NCBI GenBank assembly: GCA_050084985.1 | Contig: JBITNC010000001.1 | Location: 179,738,001-179,802,000, forward strand | Source: Nageia nagi | Taxonomy: Eukaryota; Plantae; Pinophyta | DNA: 64,000 bases | Direction: 5' to 3' | Shown here: in pieces, positions 51,377 to 64,000 of the stretch | Layout of the letters: every line of letters starts with the position of its first letter | Numbering within the stretch: position 1 is the stretch's first letter | Made by a program: the position numbers and the translations under genes | Notes under the pieces: model-generated | Told to the model about the DNA's origin: nothing | Database searches by the model: none | What the model saw: only the letters and a program-made list of their open reading frames with translations

Positions 51377-52400
51377 ATTAGGAATTGATCCTAACCTTTG
51401 GTCCAAGTTTGGATTTTTAGCTCTCTATTTTCTAACTAATAAGCATAGGGCTACTTTGCAATTTCCAATCGATCGAGTGGAGGTTGATTAGGGATAATTG
51501 ATTAAGTGGAAGTTGATCAGGAAATAGATACATCAGTTAATTAGTTAGTATGTAAATCAAGTAAAGGTTTTAAATGTGTCATATCAAAGTTAACCACACC
51601 CATTAGAGTTGATTAGCTAATCAAGAATAGTATGATCCATGCTAATTACGACTCTAGAAGCATAAAAGCTCTATTTTGGGCATGTTAACTCATTTTTGCT
51701 TTGTTATAATTTTGGAAACTTATGTTTCCATTAATGATGATTTCTTATATAAGTTTTTTAGCTTTATTTTTATCTAAAATTAAGTTATATATGAATCTAT
51801 ATAATTATATGTAAGATTCATTATAATAGGAATTATAGATGGAATTACAAGAGAGAATTGGATAGTAGATTTTTTATATGAGTGAGATAAAGAAGAGACA
51901 CTATTGTAGTTAAGATTATTTTATAGCCAAAGATGAAGCATAATGGTGTTATTTGTTTTATTACTTATAGGATTTGGAAAAAGGAATAAATAATTGAATA
52001 TTCTTTATGGATGTAGCCCACATTGGGTAAACCATGTTAAATGCTTATCTCTTACCTTATGTGATATTATTTATTTAAAACTTATTTTGAATTTGGTTAA
52101 TTAGATCTCTCAAACTTTATTTTTATATTTTAAATACTAACAAGTGGTATCAAAACTTTAATTTGTGAAGGGAGAGATTTTTTTTTTAAAGGGAGGGATT
52201 CTGGATTAAGTGGGAACAATGGTATAAGAAGGAAAATCAAGGATTTATAAGTTTGGTTTTGATACCTAAAGTTATGACCATTAAACCTATAAATTAAAGA
52301 ATTAAACAAAATACTTGCTACTACTAAAAAGAGGAATTTCAAAAAATTTATTTAATTATTGCTAAGTGAATTACTCCACTTTAGAACATCATTGAATATC
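51377..52400 (+). mobile_element. Decayed copia 5' LTR (ends 52142) with PBS and truncated gag start
   Basis: U5-type ggatgtagccc...gggtaaaccatgttaaat (~52009-52042); ...CTAACA ag TGGTATCAAAAC (52145-52156); left boundary is a guess. Confidence 0.55.
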
Positions 52401-55400
52401 CAAGATTCTTTACCTTGTGATGCAAACATGGATATTAGCATGGTGTATTTCTCTATGAAATAACCATTGTAAGATCTAAACTTTAGGGACCATGATAGTT
52501 GAAAAGGGAAGGAACTTAACATCCTATCCAAACTCTTTATCATACATGCTTCGTAAGTGTATAATCCACATTTTTCACCTAGGAATTATCTATGGATAAT
52601 TCTTCTTCTTTTTAAACTCATGAAGGAAAAAGTACATGACCTAGAACCATTAGAAGTCAAAGCCTAGGATCTTCTTGAACTACACTTATAATAAATTTAA
52701 GATAAGAATGTACTAATTTAATTGTTTATGATTTTGGGCTTGCCATAAACTCATAAATCCAATACCCATGAAGAGGAACAAACTAGAGCTATAGTTATAG
52801 AAGAGTATTCATAAATGCAAGGAGGATCAACATATAGGGTTTCGATAGGTATCTATTAGACCAATGTAATATATCCATAACAATTGATAGAGAGTAACAA
52901 CTTATACCAAATAAAATAGAAATTAAATCACCCAACAAATTCAAACTTACAATCCACTAATACTCTACTTAGATTGCCAATATCTATTCCATGAGCACAT
53001 ACAATAAGGAGGTATTAACACTATTATCCCAATTAACAATGATTAACAAATTTGATAGTAGGAAAGTGGCTAAATACCATGTTTTAATCAAGAATAGCTA
53101 GCTTTACTTATAGTATCATCCATGCATTCTATTTACACAAAAGACCATATCCATTAAATAAACATCAAGATCAAACCATATATGTTACATATATATAAAC
53201 TATGCTTATAAATAAGTAATCCAAACATTAACAGTTACAATATTGATAGTCCCTTTTAGAATAAAAACCCATACAGTTTTAGGTAATGAATATACAATTT
53301 TAGGTAAGTCTAAGGAACTATATAATTTGATAAGTTTTACCAACAACAAAACATGATTTACAACTTTCCAATCACAAGTTCTACTTTATCAAATATATAT
53401 TTTGAATCCCCCTCTACAAAAATGTTATACATCTAAATGATCAAAAATTCAAACAATAGAACTAAGTAACATTATGGCTATGGTCAATCTTCTATAGTAG
53501 CCCCCTTAGCTCTTACTTATAACTCTTATATACAATAGAGATGAGAAAATAATCTCAGTAGGGAGAACCTTTACTTAAGTAATTCAAGATTGCTTATGTA
53601 ATTTGCCCCTTAATACACACTATATCTATTATAATTCTAAATCAACAACACAACATAATCAATAATGAATCCATATAATACTAATAACTAAATACAAAAT
53701 AACATCAATTAATAATAGTAGAATATAAAAAGCATTCAAGTTTAGGTTTGGAACTGATAGAAATTAACATACAACTATCAATGCATATTTATCTATATTG
53801 AAATATAGAATAAAATAATGCAATTAAATGATACCATGCATAAACTTGATCCTTTGCCTAGCTATGAAATTATCTCAATAAACCATGATTAAAATGCAAT
53901 CAGAGAGGTCAATGCAAGGTTTAATGTTTATACAATAGATAAGTGTTTAACACTTAGTTGGTAAAAGAGGGAGAGGCAATCTCTCTATTGAATAGATAAG
54001 GTTGCAAGAAGGTTAGTAGCCTAGGGTTTTACCTCTTTATGCCACCCATACCAATAAACATATGCTACAAATTGAGCCTAAATACCCCCTTATGCTACAT
54101 GAATGCAAAAGTGCCTTCAAAGAAATGAATTAACCATATATGCATCAATAATGAATATCACTTGAATTATCATAACTTATAAATCCATGAAGTGCAGATA
54201 TACCCACTTCAAAACACTCAACAACTCCTTAACAAATGAATAGGTAAAAAAAATTGAGAACCCTAACTACTACCTTTAAGCCATTTCTAAGATACCCATC
54301 AAAATCTAAACATGACAAGATTAGAAAAATGAAAAAAAATAATAAAGAGTACTCAAATAAGCATAATCAAAAGCCTTAACATCTAGAAAATAATTTAATT
54401 GGCCATTAAAATTACTTAAGCAAAGTTACATACCCTACCATGTTGATTTATATCACAAACTTATGGTCCCTACCTTGATAATCTATGAACATCCCAAAGT
54501 ACTTAGTTTGTGGCCTCTCTAGTCTAATATACCAATGAATAGCAATCTCCTAATGTGCTCTACCTCTCCCACCCAATATGGTGATCAAAACTCTATTCAC
54601 CAATCCATTTCATGCCTCCCAAAATCAAAACTAATAGACACATCTTAAAACCAAACTCCTCCATTATTGGCCACCATTAAAAATACTTTAATAGTAATGG
54701 GTAAAGGTTATAATATTAATAATTATCCTAGGTATTTTCATAGTTTGAATGGCCAATTATATGTCAAAATAAAGTTATAAATAGGAATTAATGCCCATCA
54801 AAAAATCACATTCAAAAATGAGCACATTTACTCCCAATTTGTACTAGGACATTATTGATAGGATGGGAAACATTCCTCCATAATTTCCCATGTTGGTCTT
54901 ACAAATCATATTAGGGTTAGGAAATGTTCTATATGGAATGTTTGGAAATAATATATAAGATATTAGGGGTTCATTAGGTAGCAGGTGAGGGAAATGTTAG
55001 GTGTTCAGGGTTTATGCAGTAGTTTAGGTATTAGTCATTAGGTTTAGCTCTTATGTTTAGTTTTTAGGTAATTAATACTAACTTACCAACATAAAATAAT
55101 ATTAAAAAATTGAACATTTATAATAGGTTAGGAATTAGATAATTATTACCTAATTTAATTGCTAACCTTTATTAGGTTAGACCACTAAACTTTTAATAAT
55201 CTCTAACACTTAGGTTAGAATAATAATAAGAATAGTAATCATGTAAGGGGACTTGTCCCAAACTCTCAATCATAGATCCAAAATAATAGTTGAAATTAAG
55301 TATGCAAGCATGATAATTTGATTGTTCTCATATAAAATGATAAAATATGTAAATAACTTGAAAATGCAAAATCTCAATACATACTAAGGGCCCTTCATAT

Positions 55401-57870
55401 TAGTCCTTAAAATAATGAAATGCAAATTATACATGAATGTAAACATAGTATCTTATAAGACTACATCCTTAGGGAATTGGTCCATCATAGTACCAAATAC
55501 TCATGAGGAGGAATATTTAAGAATTTTATAGGTGGTTCAAAATTCTATCTCTTTAGATGCTTCTACCTCTTGAAGGAAAGGAAAGAGCCCAACTTCCAAA
55601 TCATTCCCAAGGGGAGCCTAGCTAAAGAAAACTTATTATTCTTCATCATAAAAGGCACCAAAAGAAAACATGGAAGAAGAGGAAATGTCTTCAAAAAGGC
55701 CTAAGAAGAATGTCACCATCAATCAAGAGCTATTTTTTAAGACCCACCAGCTATCACCTAATGATGAGTGGAGTGTAGATATGGATGAGTGCCTTGATAT
55801 TTTCAACATGGATTTTTAGGAGTTTATAATTGAATAGGTCAATGACCAAGTTGAAGAGAGTTCTACTCATATAGGTGGGATTTAGATATATATGCACTTG
55901 GTCAATAATGTAGCTTGTATAAAGATAATATACATTGATAAGGATAACCCACAATAGGCTAAACACCTTAAGCAAATAGATTAGATCATAAACATAGGTC
56001 CCATTGGCATCACTATTATGAAGCATACAATCATATCCAACATGAATACAATTGCTATGGATGAGATATAGAAAGAAAGAGATCAAAATCCTAAAAAAGG
56101 AGTTAGTTTGCCAATATATATTGACTAGAGATCTAGATTCCATAAAGGTACCCCCTAAAGAACTCAAGAAAATGAAACCTTTGAAGGAGTGGATGATTAT
56201 TGTAAAATAAGTGGTGATTGACAATATATTGGTAGTGGTGGCATAATTTATAGATTCTTTACAAAAGATATCAATTAAGAAGAAGAAGATAAAGGTTATT
56301 ATGGCCAATAAGGTCATTTTTCTCAAGATATTAGAGTCTTAAAGTCCTATAGTTGAGATATTCCATATGACTAAAGACCAGATACCAAAGGATGCCAACT
56401 TCTGTGAAGACTATTAGTTCTATTTTGGAGTGGTACAATATATGGTTACCTAATTTTAAGAAGTGAGTAAGAAGATTATAAATATTAATGACAAGGACAA
56501 CTCAAGCATTAAGGAAATGGATTTTGTGGTTAGGTTTCTTATGGAGGATACTACCATCAGGGAGGTGGACCTAGTAGTCATAGAAGTCAAACATATACTC
56601 CAAATGCTATTCATGACTAAGGATATCAACACATATCAAAATGAAATCCATCTTAAGCATATGTTGAGATCTCATGGTTATAATATTGAGATGCAAAGGA
56701 TGATCATAAAGGTTGAGTACTATGTAGAAAATAATATGGTGAAGATATCTCAAAAGATATGTAGTTTGGAGTTCACAACAAAGTTCTTAGATGAGAACTT
56801 TGAAGATAGAGTTGTGGTCTTGTGACCACCATCATAATCATTATTTTATTTTAAAGAAAACATGTTTAATTTTTGTAAAATACTTTTACTATTATTTTAT
56901 TCCCAAACTTATAATGGATTAGAATTTGCTCCCATAAGTTTGGAAGGGATCTTGTAATGCCATGTGGTGCATTTCTATTTGACCAAATTTTATTTTATCA
57001 TTATACGTAATTAGGGATAGGAAAACACTTAGGATTTCCATGAACATTATTTATACCCCTTATAGGTTAATTTGTAAGGGGGTTAAATATTTTAATAAAT
57101 TGGAAAGAACATTACTTGAAACACATAAAATCTTTAAAATTTGTTAATGTGGTGTATTTATATTTGACTATTTTCATATGCTCTCATGTTGTGATGGTAG
57201 ATATGAATGAATGATGATAGTGCTATCTAGTTGATTTCTATTACTACTTTGTGTTGTTTCATGTCACTTAGTGTATTTTGTAAATCTTGAGCAAGGTTAA
57301 TGAAATATTGCTTGTGTATCTTTCAAAGTGATTAAATGAAATAGCATTAGCAATACTTTATCATTTGTAATTTAGGTTTGAATATTTTAGAATATCTTGT
57401 TCATATTGCTCAATGTAGGAATTTCACCCCAATCATCAAAGATTACCTCCATCCCATCCTTCACCATCCTTGGCATAACTTCATGCTCCTTTCAATAGAC
57501 CATTCATGTTGTTGGCTAATGTGATGGATCAAGGGTGTTTGGAACCTACGTCAAGCTTAAACAAGTTGAATTCTAATGCTTTACCCAAACTCATGAGTAT
57601 ATTTTTTGTAATAATTTGTATTGTTTCATAATTTTCTAGAATAAAATTGTTGAACCATTGATATAACTTAGATTCCCTTGAATCCACACATGATATTCAT
57701 GTTGGTGGAAGCTTCAAAAATGTCAGCCATTCCTTGATTCTTATTCTTTCAACATAAGTAGAGTGACATTTGGGATAACCAGTCCCTATAGCAGGAAGGA
57801 AAAACCACCCAAGGTGTTGGTATTTTCCACACTACTATAAGGTAGGAAAGAAAAACAACCCAACATTAAT

Positions 57871-60800
57871 TGACACTAGATGGAGGACCCTTGAACCTAT
57901 ATATTTTTCTAAGCCAATGTTGTTTATTTGCAACATCTTGACAAGTTCAAATCCAAAAAAGATCTAGCTAGGTACAACTTGAGGCCTAGGAAGGATCAAA
58001 TTAAGATTGAATATGAGTCCTCTTTTGAAGAGTTTGATGAAGCTAAACTTCGAGTTCCTAAATATGTTTCTACCTCAACTTCCTTTGTCACATCCTTTAA
58101 TAGTCCTTATTCTCTAAAATACTTGGTTCCATTCATGAATCCTACATAACCAAGTGTCGAACCATGATAAGCTTTTCAATCATAAGATAATAATCCTATT
58201 CAAGTCGTTATCCCTTTTATTCCATAATCAAAGAGGAATATGAAAGATGATATACACCTAATATGGTTGAGAGCAATTCCCATCAATATTGTTGGTGACC
58301 AACATGAGCTACCAAGGAATCATGATAAGCATTTTCAAAAGTATAATCCTGATGGTCTCACTTTGGTAGAAGATCACATTTAGCTATACATTGACACTCT
58401 AACAAGAATACATGTTCAACATGAAGATGTGGGTTGTAAATTGTTTCCATCCACTTTAAAGGTTCAAGCTAAATATTGGTATATTAGTTTGACACCTATA
58501 TCCATCAAATTATAGGATTAATTGGAAGAAGCATTCCTATAGATATTTTAGGTGTCTCTTAATCCAAATATTCTCTATCAACAATCTTTCCACAAAAAGA
58601 AGTTTTATCATGAACCTATGAGGAACCTCAATGATAAGTTTCAAAAATCTTATTCAAAGCTACTTGAACCACATACATCTACCAATATGTGATAATACAA
58701 ATATATTTTAGATCACCTTCATTATAACATTTTTTTATAGAGAAGAAAGAATCCAAACATTATAATAACCTTATGATATTATAGCTACATGGAGAGATAA
58801 CTTTAACAAAATACTAAAGGGGAAGGACCATGAACTTAATGCATCTATTAGGAAACTTGGATCTTAACAATACACAATATCCTTTATAGCCATGTATTTC
58901 AAACATTATACTACCTCAACTCCTAAATATACATATAATCGCTAATGTAATTTAGCAAAACCCTTTGACCCTCAATTATACTTCCCATTCCACACCTACT
59001 ACATCCAACATCACTAAACCTACTACTCCCTCAATAGAATCCATTATATGTTGAACTCATGGCCTAAATCTTAGGTCAAATATCAAACTAGCCTATCCTA
59101 TTCTTCCACAAGCATCCTCAAGTTAAGGGGATATCAGTAGAATATTGCATCAAGTCTTGGGGAAACTAACCAATGAATCACATAATCAAGAAGCCTATAA
59201 GAAGGATCAAGAACTCTCCAAGAGAAAGAAGGAGTTTACCAAGAGGGAAAAAGGAGATGGTAAGGAGGAAAAAAGAATAAAATAACACCAAAACCTTTTT
59301 GAGAAAATTATCAAACATAGGCCCTTTGTGACACAATGTAGGGTTCAACCAAAATTAGACTCAAAATAATGAACATCAAAGCAACCCTAATTTATAGAGA
59401 CCAAACAAACCATGTAATAGTATCCCTCATAATGGCACTAGCAACATGCCTAATACATTGTCCAAGGATAAGAATAAGTCCTAAGTTAATTTTCTAGACT
59501 TTTTAATAATTCCATTGACAAATTATTGCAAGGTGCATAACATGGAATATTCTAAATCTAATTATTATTTGTTCATCATAATTATGAATATGCTCTAGAA
59601 AGAAGTGCAAAATTTTGAAATTATCTAGCTCAATAAGGTGAGTACTTTGGGGAACCATGATGAAACTTTGATGTTCAAGGTTTATACCTCAATGGATGAT
59701 GAAGAGCTAGAGGATGAGATGCCCAAACTTGAACCAATAGCTTTTGAACCTATATAAGTTGCACTTAATAATCCTACTAGATTTTGGTATACCTTTCAAA
59801 AGAGAGAATAGTTGATAAAATAGTATCCTCCTAACAATTTGAAAGTGCCACCTAACCAAGTTTCATCCAATAATCCACCTCCACCAAGTCTAAGCTCATA
59901 TATGAGAAACATTCATCCCCAATCAGAGAAAGCATCTTCTATACTAGATATATTACATATGCAACAAAACAAAGATATGGAGAAGGGTAAGAAATTGACT
60001 TCACTCAATGATGAGTTGAATAGCCTTTCCTATAATGCCATTAATGCATTGAGGAACATAAAAGTTAATATAGCCTTCCTGGAAGCTTTGGAGAAGGATG
60101 AAGTATGTGAGAAATACATGGGTCATCTTAGGGGATCACTACACAAAAGCTACAACAAAACACACAAAATATCATTCAATCTACTCCTATTGCAAATGAA
60201 AAACCCTCTCCCATGTAGATTCGAATGGCTATTGATATAGCCAAAACATACATGGCTAGCAAAGTAATTTCACCATTCTTGATCATTGTGAGAGTGGTTA
60301 GGAAGAACCTTGATAACCATATGATGGATTTAGGAATAGGAGCTAACATCATCCCCTTAGAGTTTGTCAAGCTTTGAACTTATTGATTTATGAAAGGCCT
60401 CAAGGGATAACCTAGGTGGATGAGACTCTAATTAAGGTAATGGGTATGATGCACAATTTGAGGATGCATATTAATTCAAAACCCCATATCATTAGTGATA
60501 TTGATGTTCAAGTTGTAAAAATCCCACCAAAGTATTATCTATTGCTAAGTCAAAATTGGTTAGACACTTTGAATGGTTTCTAGTTTACAGATTTCAAGTA
60601 CATATGCCTCTCATTGAAAGGAGTGTCAAATTAAATGAAGTTTCAAAGTGAGTCATACTTTAAGAACCTCATTACAAAGTATAATCAAACCAATCAAATG
60701 GCCATAGTTGAAGAGGACTTGGTAGTTTATTGCTTTGATATTGTTGATCCTCCTATCCCTTGTCATGACTATAACTCAAGTTAAGATTCTACCTCACAAA

Positions 60801-63800
60801 GGAATAAGCAATTAGAAAAGGAATATTGGATCATTCAATTTTAAGGGTCCAAATCCAAGATGGGAGGTGGATCAAGCATCAAACTATAAATCCTAAAGAA
60901 GAAGAAGTATCAAGCTTCCTTCAAACTAGAATTCTCATGCACATGCAACATGGTGAAGTATAAGACTTTCATTTAAGGCATTAAAATGGCCTTAGCCATA
61001 GGAGTGGAGAATCTCATTATGATTGGAGATTCAAAATTGGTTGTTAACCAAGTCTAGAATCAATATGAATGTAAGGAAACTCATTTAAACCAATATTATT
61101 TAAGGGTATGGAGTCTTATAAAAGGCTTGAAAACCTTTAACATCAAGACCATTCCCAAGAAGTAGAACATAGTAGCAAATTTTCTGGCAATGGTTGCAAG
61201 TACCTTCCAACCAGTGGAAGGAACCAAACTAAAGAGGTTCATGATCTAGATACTATACAATCCCACTATGCTAGATAATATTGATGTTATTCAATTCTTT
61301 GATGATGACAAGTACATCGATAACTTCATGTCCAAAGAAAGAGTCTTCACATCTCAATGAATCAAAGAAGAAGCAAAGAATCCAACACATGATGATCAAC
61401 TAGAGGAACAAAATAAGTATGTAGATGATTACCTCCAACTCAAGACCAACAAGCTTCCCATAGGGGTCATAAAGTTCATGAGACTTTTTGATCAAGATGT
61501 TGTTCAAGAAAACAAATTGAAAGAGCACATAAATGAGGAGCAAACTAAAAAAATATCAATTTGGAAATGGAGAAAGATCCAAAGTACATCCTTCTTGGGT
61601 AGTCTTGCATAGGAAAATTAAGAGAATAAATCATACAAACCTATTGAGAATACATTGACACGATAGCCTAGACATATGACTAGTTGAAAACCTATAATCC
61701 TAACATAATCACTCATACTATTCCCTTGAAATCGAATACAAATCCATTAAGGAAAAAAAGGTTGTTGAATCCTCTATTAGAATTTACGATTCTCTAGGAA
61801 ATCCAAAAGCTAGTTTAGTCAGGGATCATTTTTCCCATCAGGCACTCAACTTGAGTAGCTAAAATTATCATAGTTAGAAAGAATTCTAGTTATATAAGAG
61901 TGTGCATTGATTTTAAATATTTGAACTAGGCTTAAAACAAGGATAACTACCCATTTCCCACCCTATATGAAATCTTACAAATGGTTAATGGCTCTCAAAT
62001 GATGTTATTTATAGATGGCTACTCTAGATACAATAAGGTCCAAATGGATAAGAGGGATATATTGAAGAATTCCCACCATTACCAAATGGGGAATCTTTGC
62101 TTATAGTCATATGCCATTTGGAATGATTAACATTAAGGCCACATTTCAAATAACCATGGAATTTGCTTTCAAAGGTCTAGGTGGAAAAAATATAGTCATT
62201 TACATGGATGACTTTACTATTTACTCTAAATATGTGAATGATAATCCTTGACACCTAAGGAAGTTTTTTCAGAGATGTAGTAAGTTTTTATGATTTATCT
62301 CAACCCAAATAAATGCATCTTCAAGGTTACTAAGGCTAGGATTCTTGGACATGTTATCTTTGAGAAAAAAATCTCCATTGATCCTGAAAGGGTAGAAACC
62401 ATAGAAAAGATTTGTTACCCATCAACACCAAAAGAGCTCATATATTTCATGTGGAAGATCAACTTCATCCAAAAGTACATCTTTAGGTATACAAAAATTT
62501 TTAAATCACTCACTGAGATGATGAATAAGGATACTAAAATTAAATGTAATAATGAAGTGAAGAAATCATTCCATGATATTAAGGAGGCTATTTCTAGGGC
62601 AACTATCCTCATCCATCTAGATTATAAAAATCCTTTCTATATATATTCATTCACTTCAAATCATTTGGTCATAGGGGTCCTAACTCAAAGGGATGAAGAA
62701 GATAAAGAGAAACCCATTTCATGAGTGCTCCTTTGAGAGACATGGTATTGAGATACCCATGTTGCACAAGTAGGACTATGCTTTGATGTAAGCAATGAAG
62801 ACATTTTACCAATACATCATGCATAGTGAAGTGATTTCCATTATCCTTGGCCTAGTAGTAAAAAACTTGCTATCCCAACAAGAGTTGGGTGTTCAAAGAG
62901 GAAAATGGGTCTCAACCCTTCAAGAGTTTGATTTATCCATTCATCCAATAAGGATTGTTAGAGAAAAAGGGCTCAACTAGATATTAACATCATATCAAGA
63001 TGATACAATGATAAGCTCATCAAAAGAACTAATGGACATGTCTCATAAAGTTTGTTAGATTGTTACTCCATCAGATTCCTAGTATACAGATATTGTATGT
63101 TACATAACTTCAAGTGCATATTCCCCAAATTTTATTTTAGCACAAAATAGTGTTTTTAGATATAGGATATCTAGGTTTATGATAAATATGGGGTTCTCTA
63201 CAAGAAGAATTATCATAGTATTTTATTAAGATGCCTAGAAAAAGAAGAGGCTCATAAAATTCTTAAGGAATTTCACAATTAAGAAGGTGGAATAGGAAAC
63301 ACATCAAGGAATGCTCTTGTACATCAAATTCTCCATGCAAAATATTATTGGCATTTCCTCTTTTGAGATGCATAAAACTATTCTAAATCTTATCATGATT
63401 GCCAAACTACAATAGGAAGGGAAAAGTTCTCAAGCATTCCCCTATAGCCAATTTTGGAATCAAAGCCATTTTCCAAGTGGGGACTAGATTTTGTATGTGT
63501 AATCAACCTTTTTTCCTCTATGAAGCATCAGTTCATCCTTACTACCATAAGATGGACTAAGGCTATAGTGACAAAAAACCCAATTCCAAAGTGGTCATCC
63601 AATTTCTAGAGGATTATATTTTGACTTAGTTTGGCTATCCCTTTTCCATAATGTATGAAAATGGTCTTAGTTTCAATTCAATCAAGTTATCAACTTGGGC
63701 TTATGAACATAATATTACCATAGTACTCTACCAACTACTACCTTCAAGGAAATGGCTTAGCGGAGTCAACCAATAACAAATTGCTTACTATCCTTCAAAA

Positions 63801-64000
63801 GTTACTAGACAAAATTCTTAGAGATTGGCATAGTAAGTTGAAGTATGACCTTTGGGTGAACTACATTAGAGTGAAGAATGCACTTGAAATGAGCTCTTTT
63901 GAACTAGTTTATGAAACAAACCTATTCTTTTTAACTCAACTAAAAATTAGCACAATGCACGTTATGAAGGATTACCTAAAAGTAAATGATGCCTTGGAAA
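57871..64000 (+). mobile_element. Decayed Tat-like gypsy internal region (GAG-PR-aRH-RT-RH-INT), continuing past the window; LTR ends ~57865
   Basis: PR MMDLGIGANIIP (~60320); aRH WIIQF*GSKSKMGGG (~60827), CTCNMV, IGDSKLVVNQV (~61022); RT CIDFKYLN (~61903) and YMDDF (62201); RH ~62640-62980; INT WGLDFV (~63478) and YYLQGNGLAESTN (~63736). Confidence 0.85.

Noticed and set aside
55754-56326. 190-aa hydrophobic minus-strand ORF resembling a membrane protein
   Set aside because: Its I/F/L/Y richness follows from reading the complement of A-rich decayed sequence; non-ATG start and no motif.

Overview
This is 64 kb of AT-rich, CG-depleted, retrotransposon-dense plant DNA. I could not support any host gene, tRNA, rRNA or CRISPR array. 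The Tat-type domain order suggests a gymnosperm host, but that is inference. The window is a nest of LTR retrotransposons. One young, nearly intact Ty1/copia element with Sirevirus (SIRE)-type hallmarks lies on the minus strand at 19626-28867. It has a TACTA target-site duplication, 1948/1947-bp LTRs differing by 9 transitions and 1 indel, an 18-nt tRNA-iMet PBS and four AGGGGGAG PPTs. Its Gag is extended (coiled coil plus three CCHC knuckles), it has no env-like ORF, and there is one frameshift near the gag start. It is inserted into the RT-RNaseH linker of an old chromodomain-bearing gypsy element (Tekay-like, + strand, ~13135-35829, ~5-kb LTRs). Two decayed Tat-like gypsy elements with PR-aRH-RT-RH-INT order flank the nest (~1490-13130 minus; ~57870-64000 plus), along with further LTR and internal fragments. 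The most striking unexplained signal is inside the young copia LTRs: an array of 12 short hairpins that keep one hexaloop (UUGGUG on the element sense strand) on six different, fully complementary stems. It is a candidate multivalent RNA element, possibly matched to the element's three-knuckle Gag.
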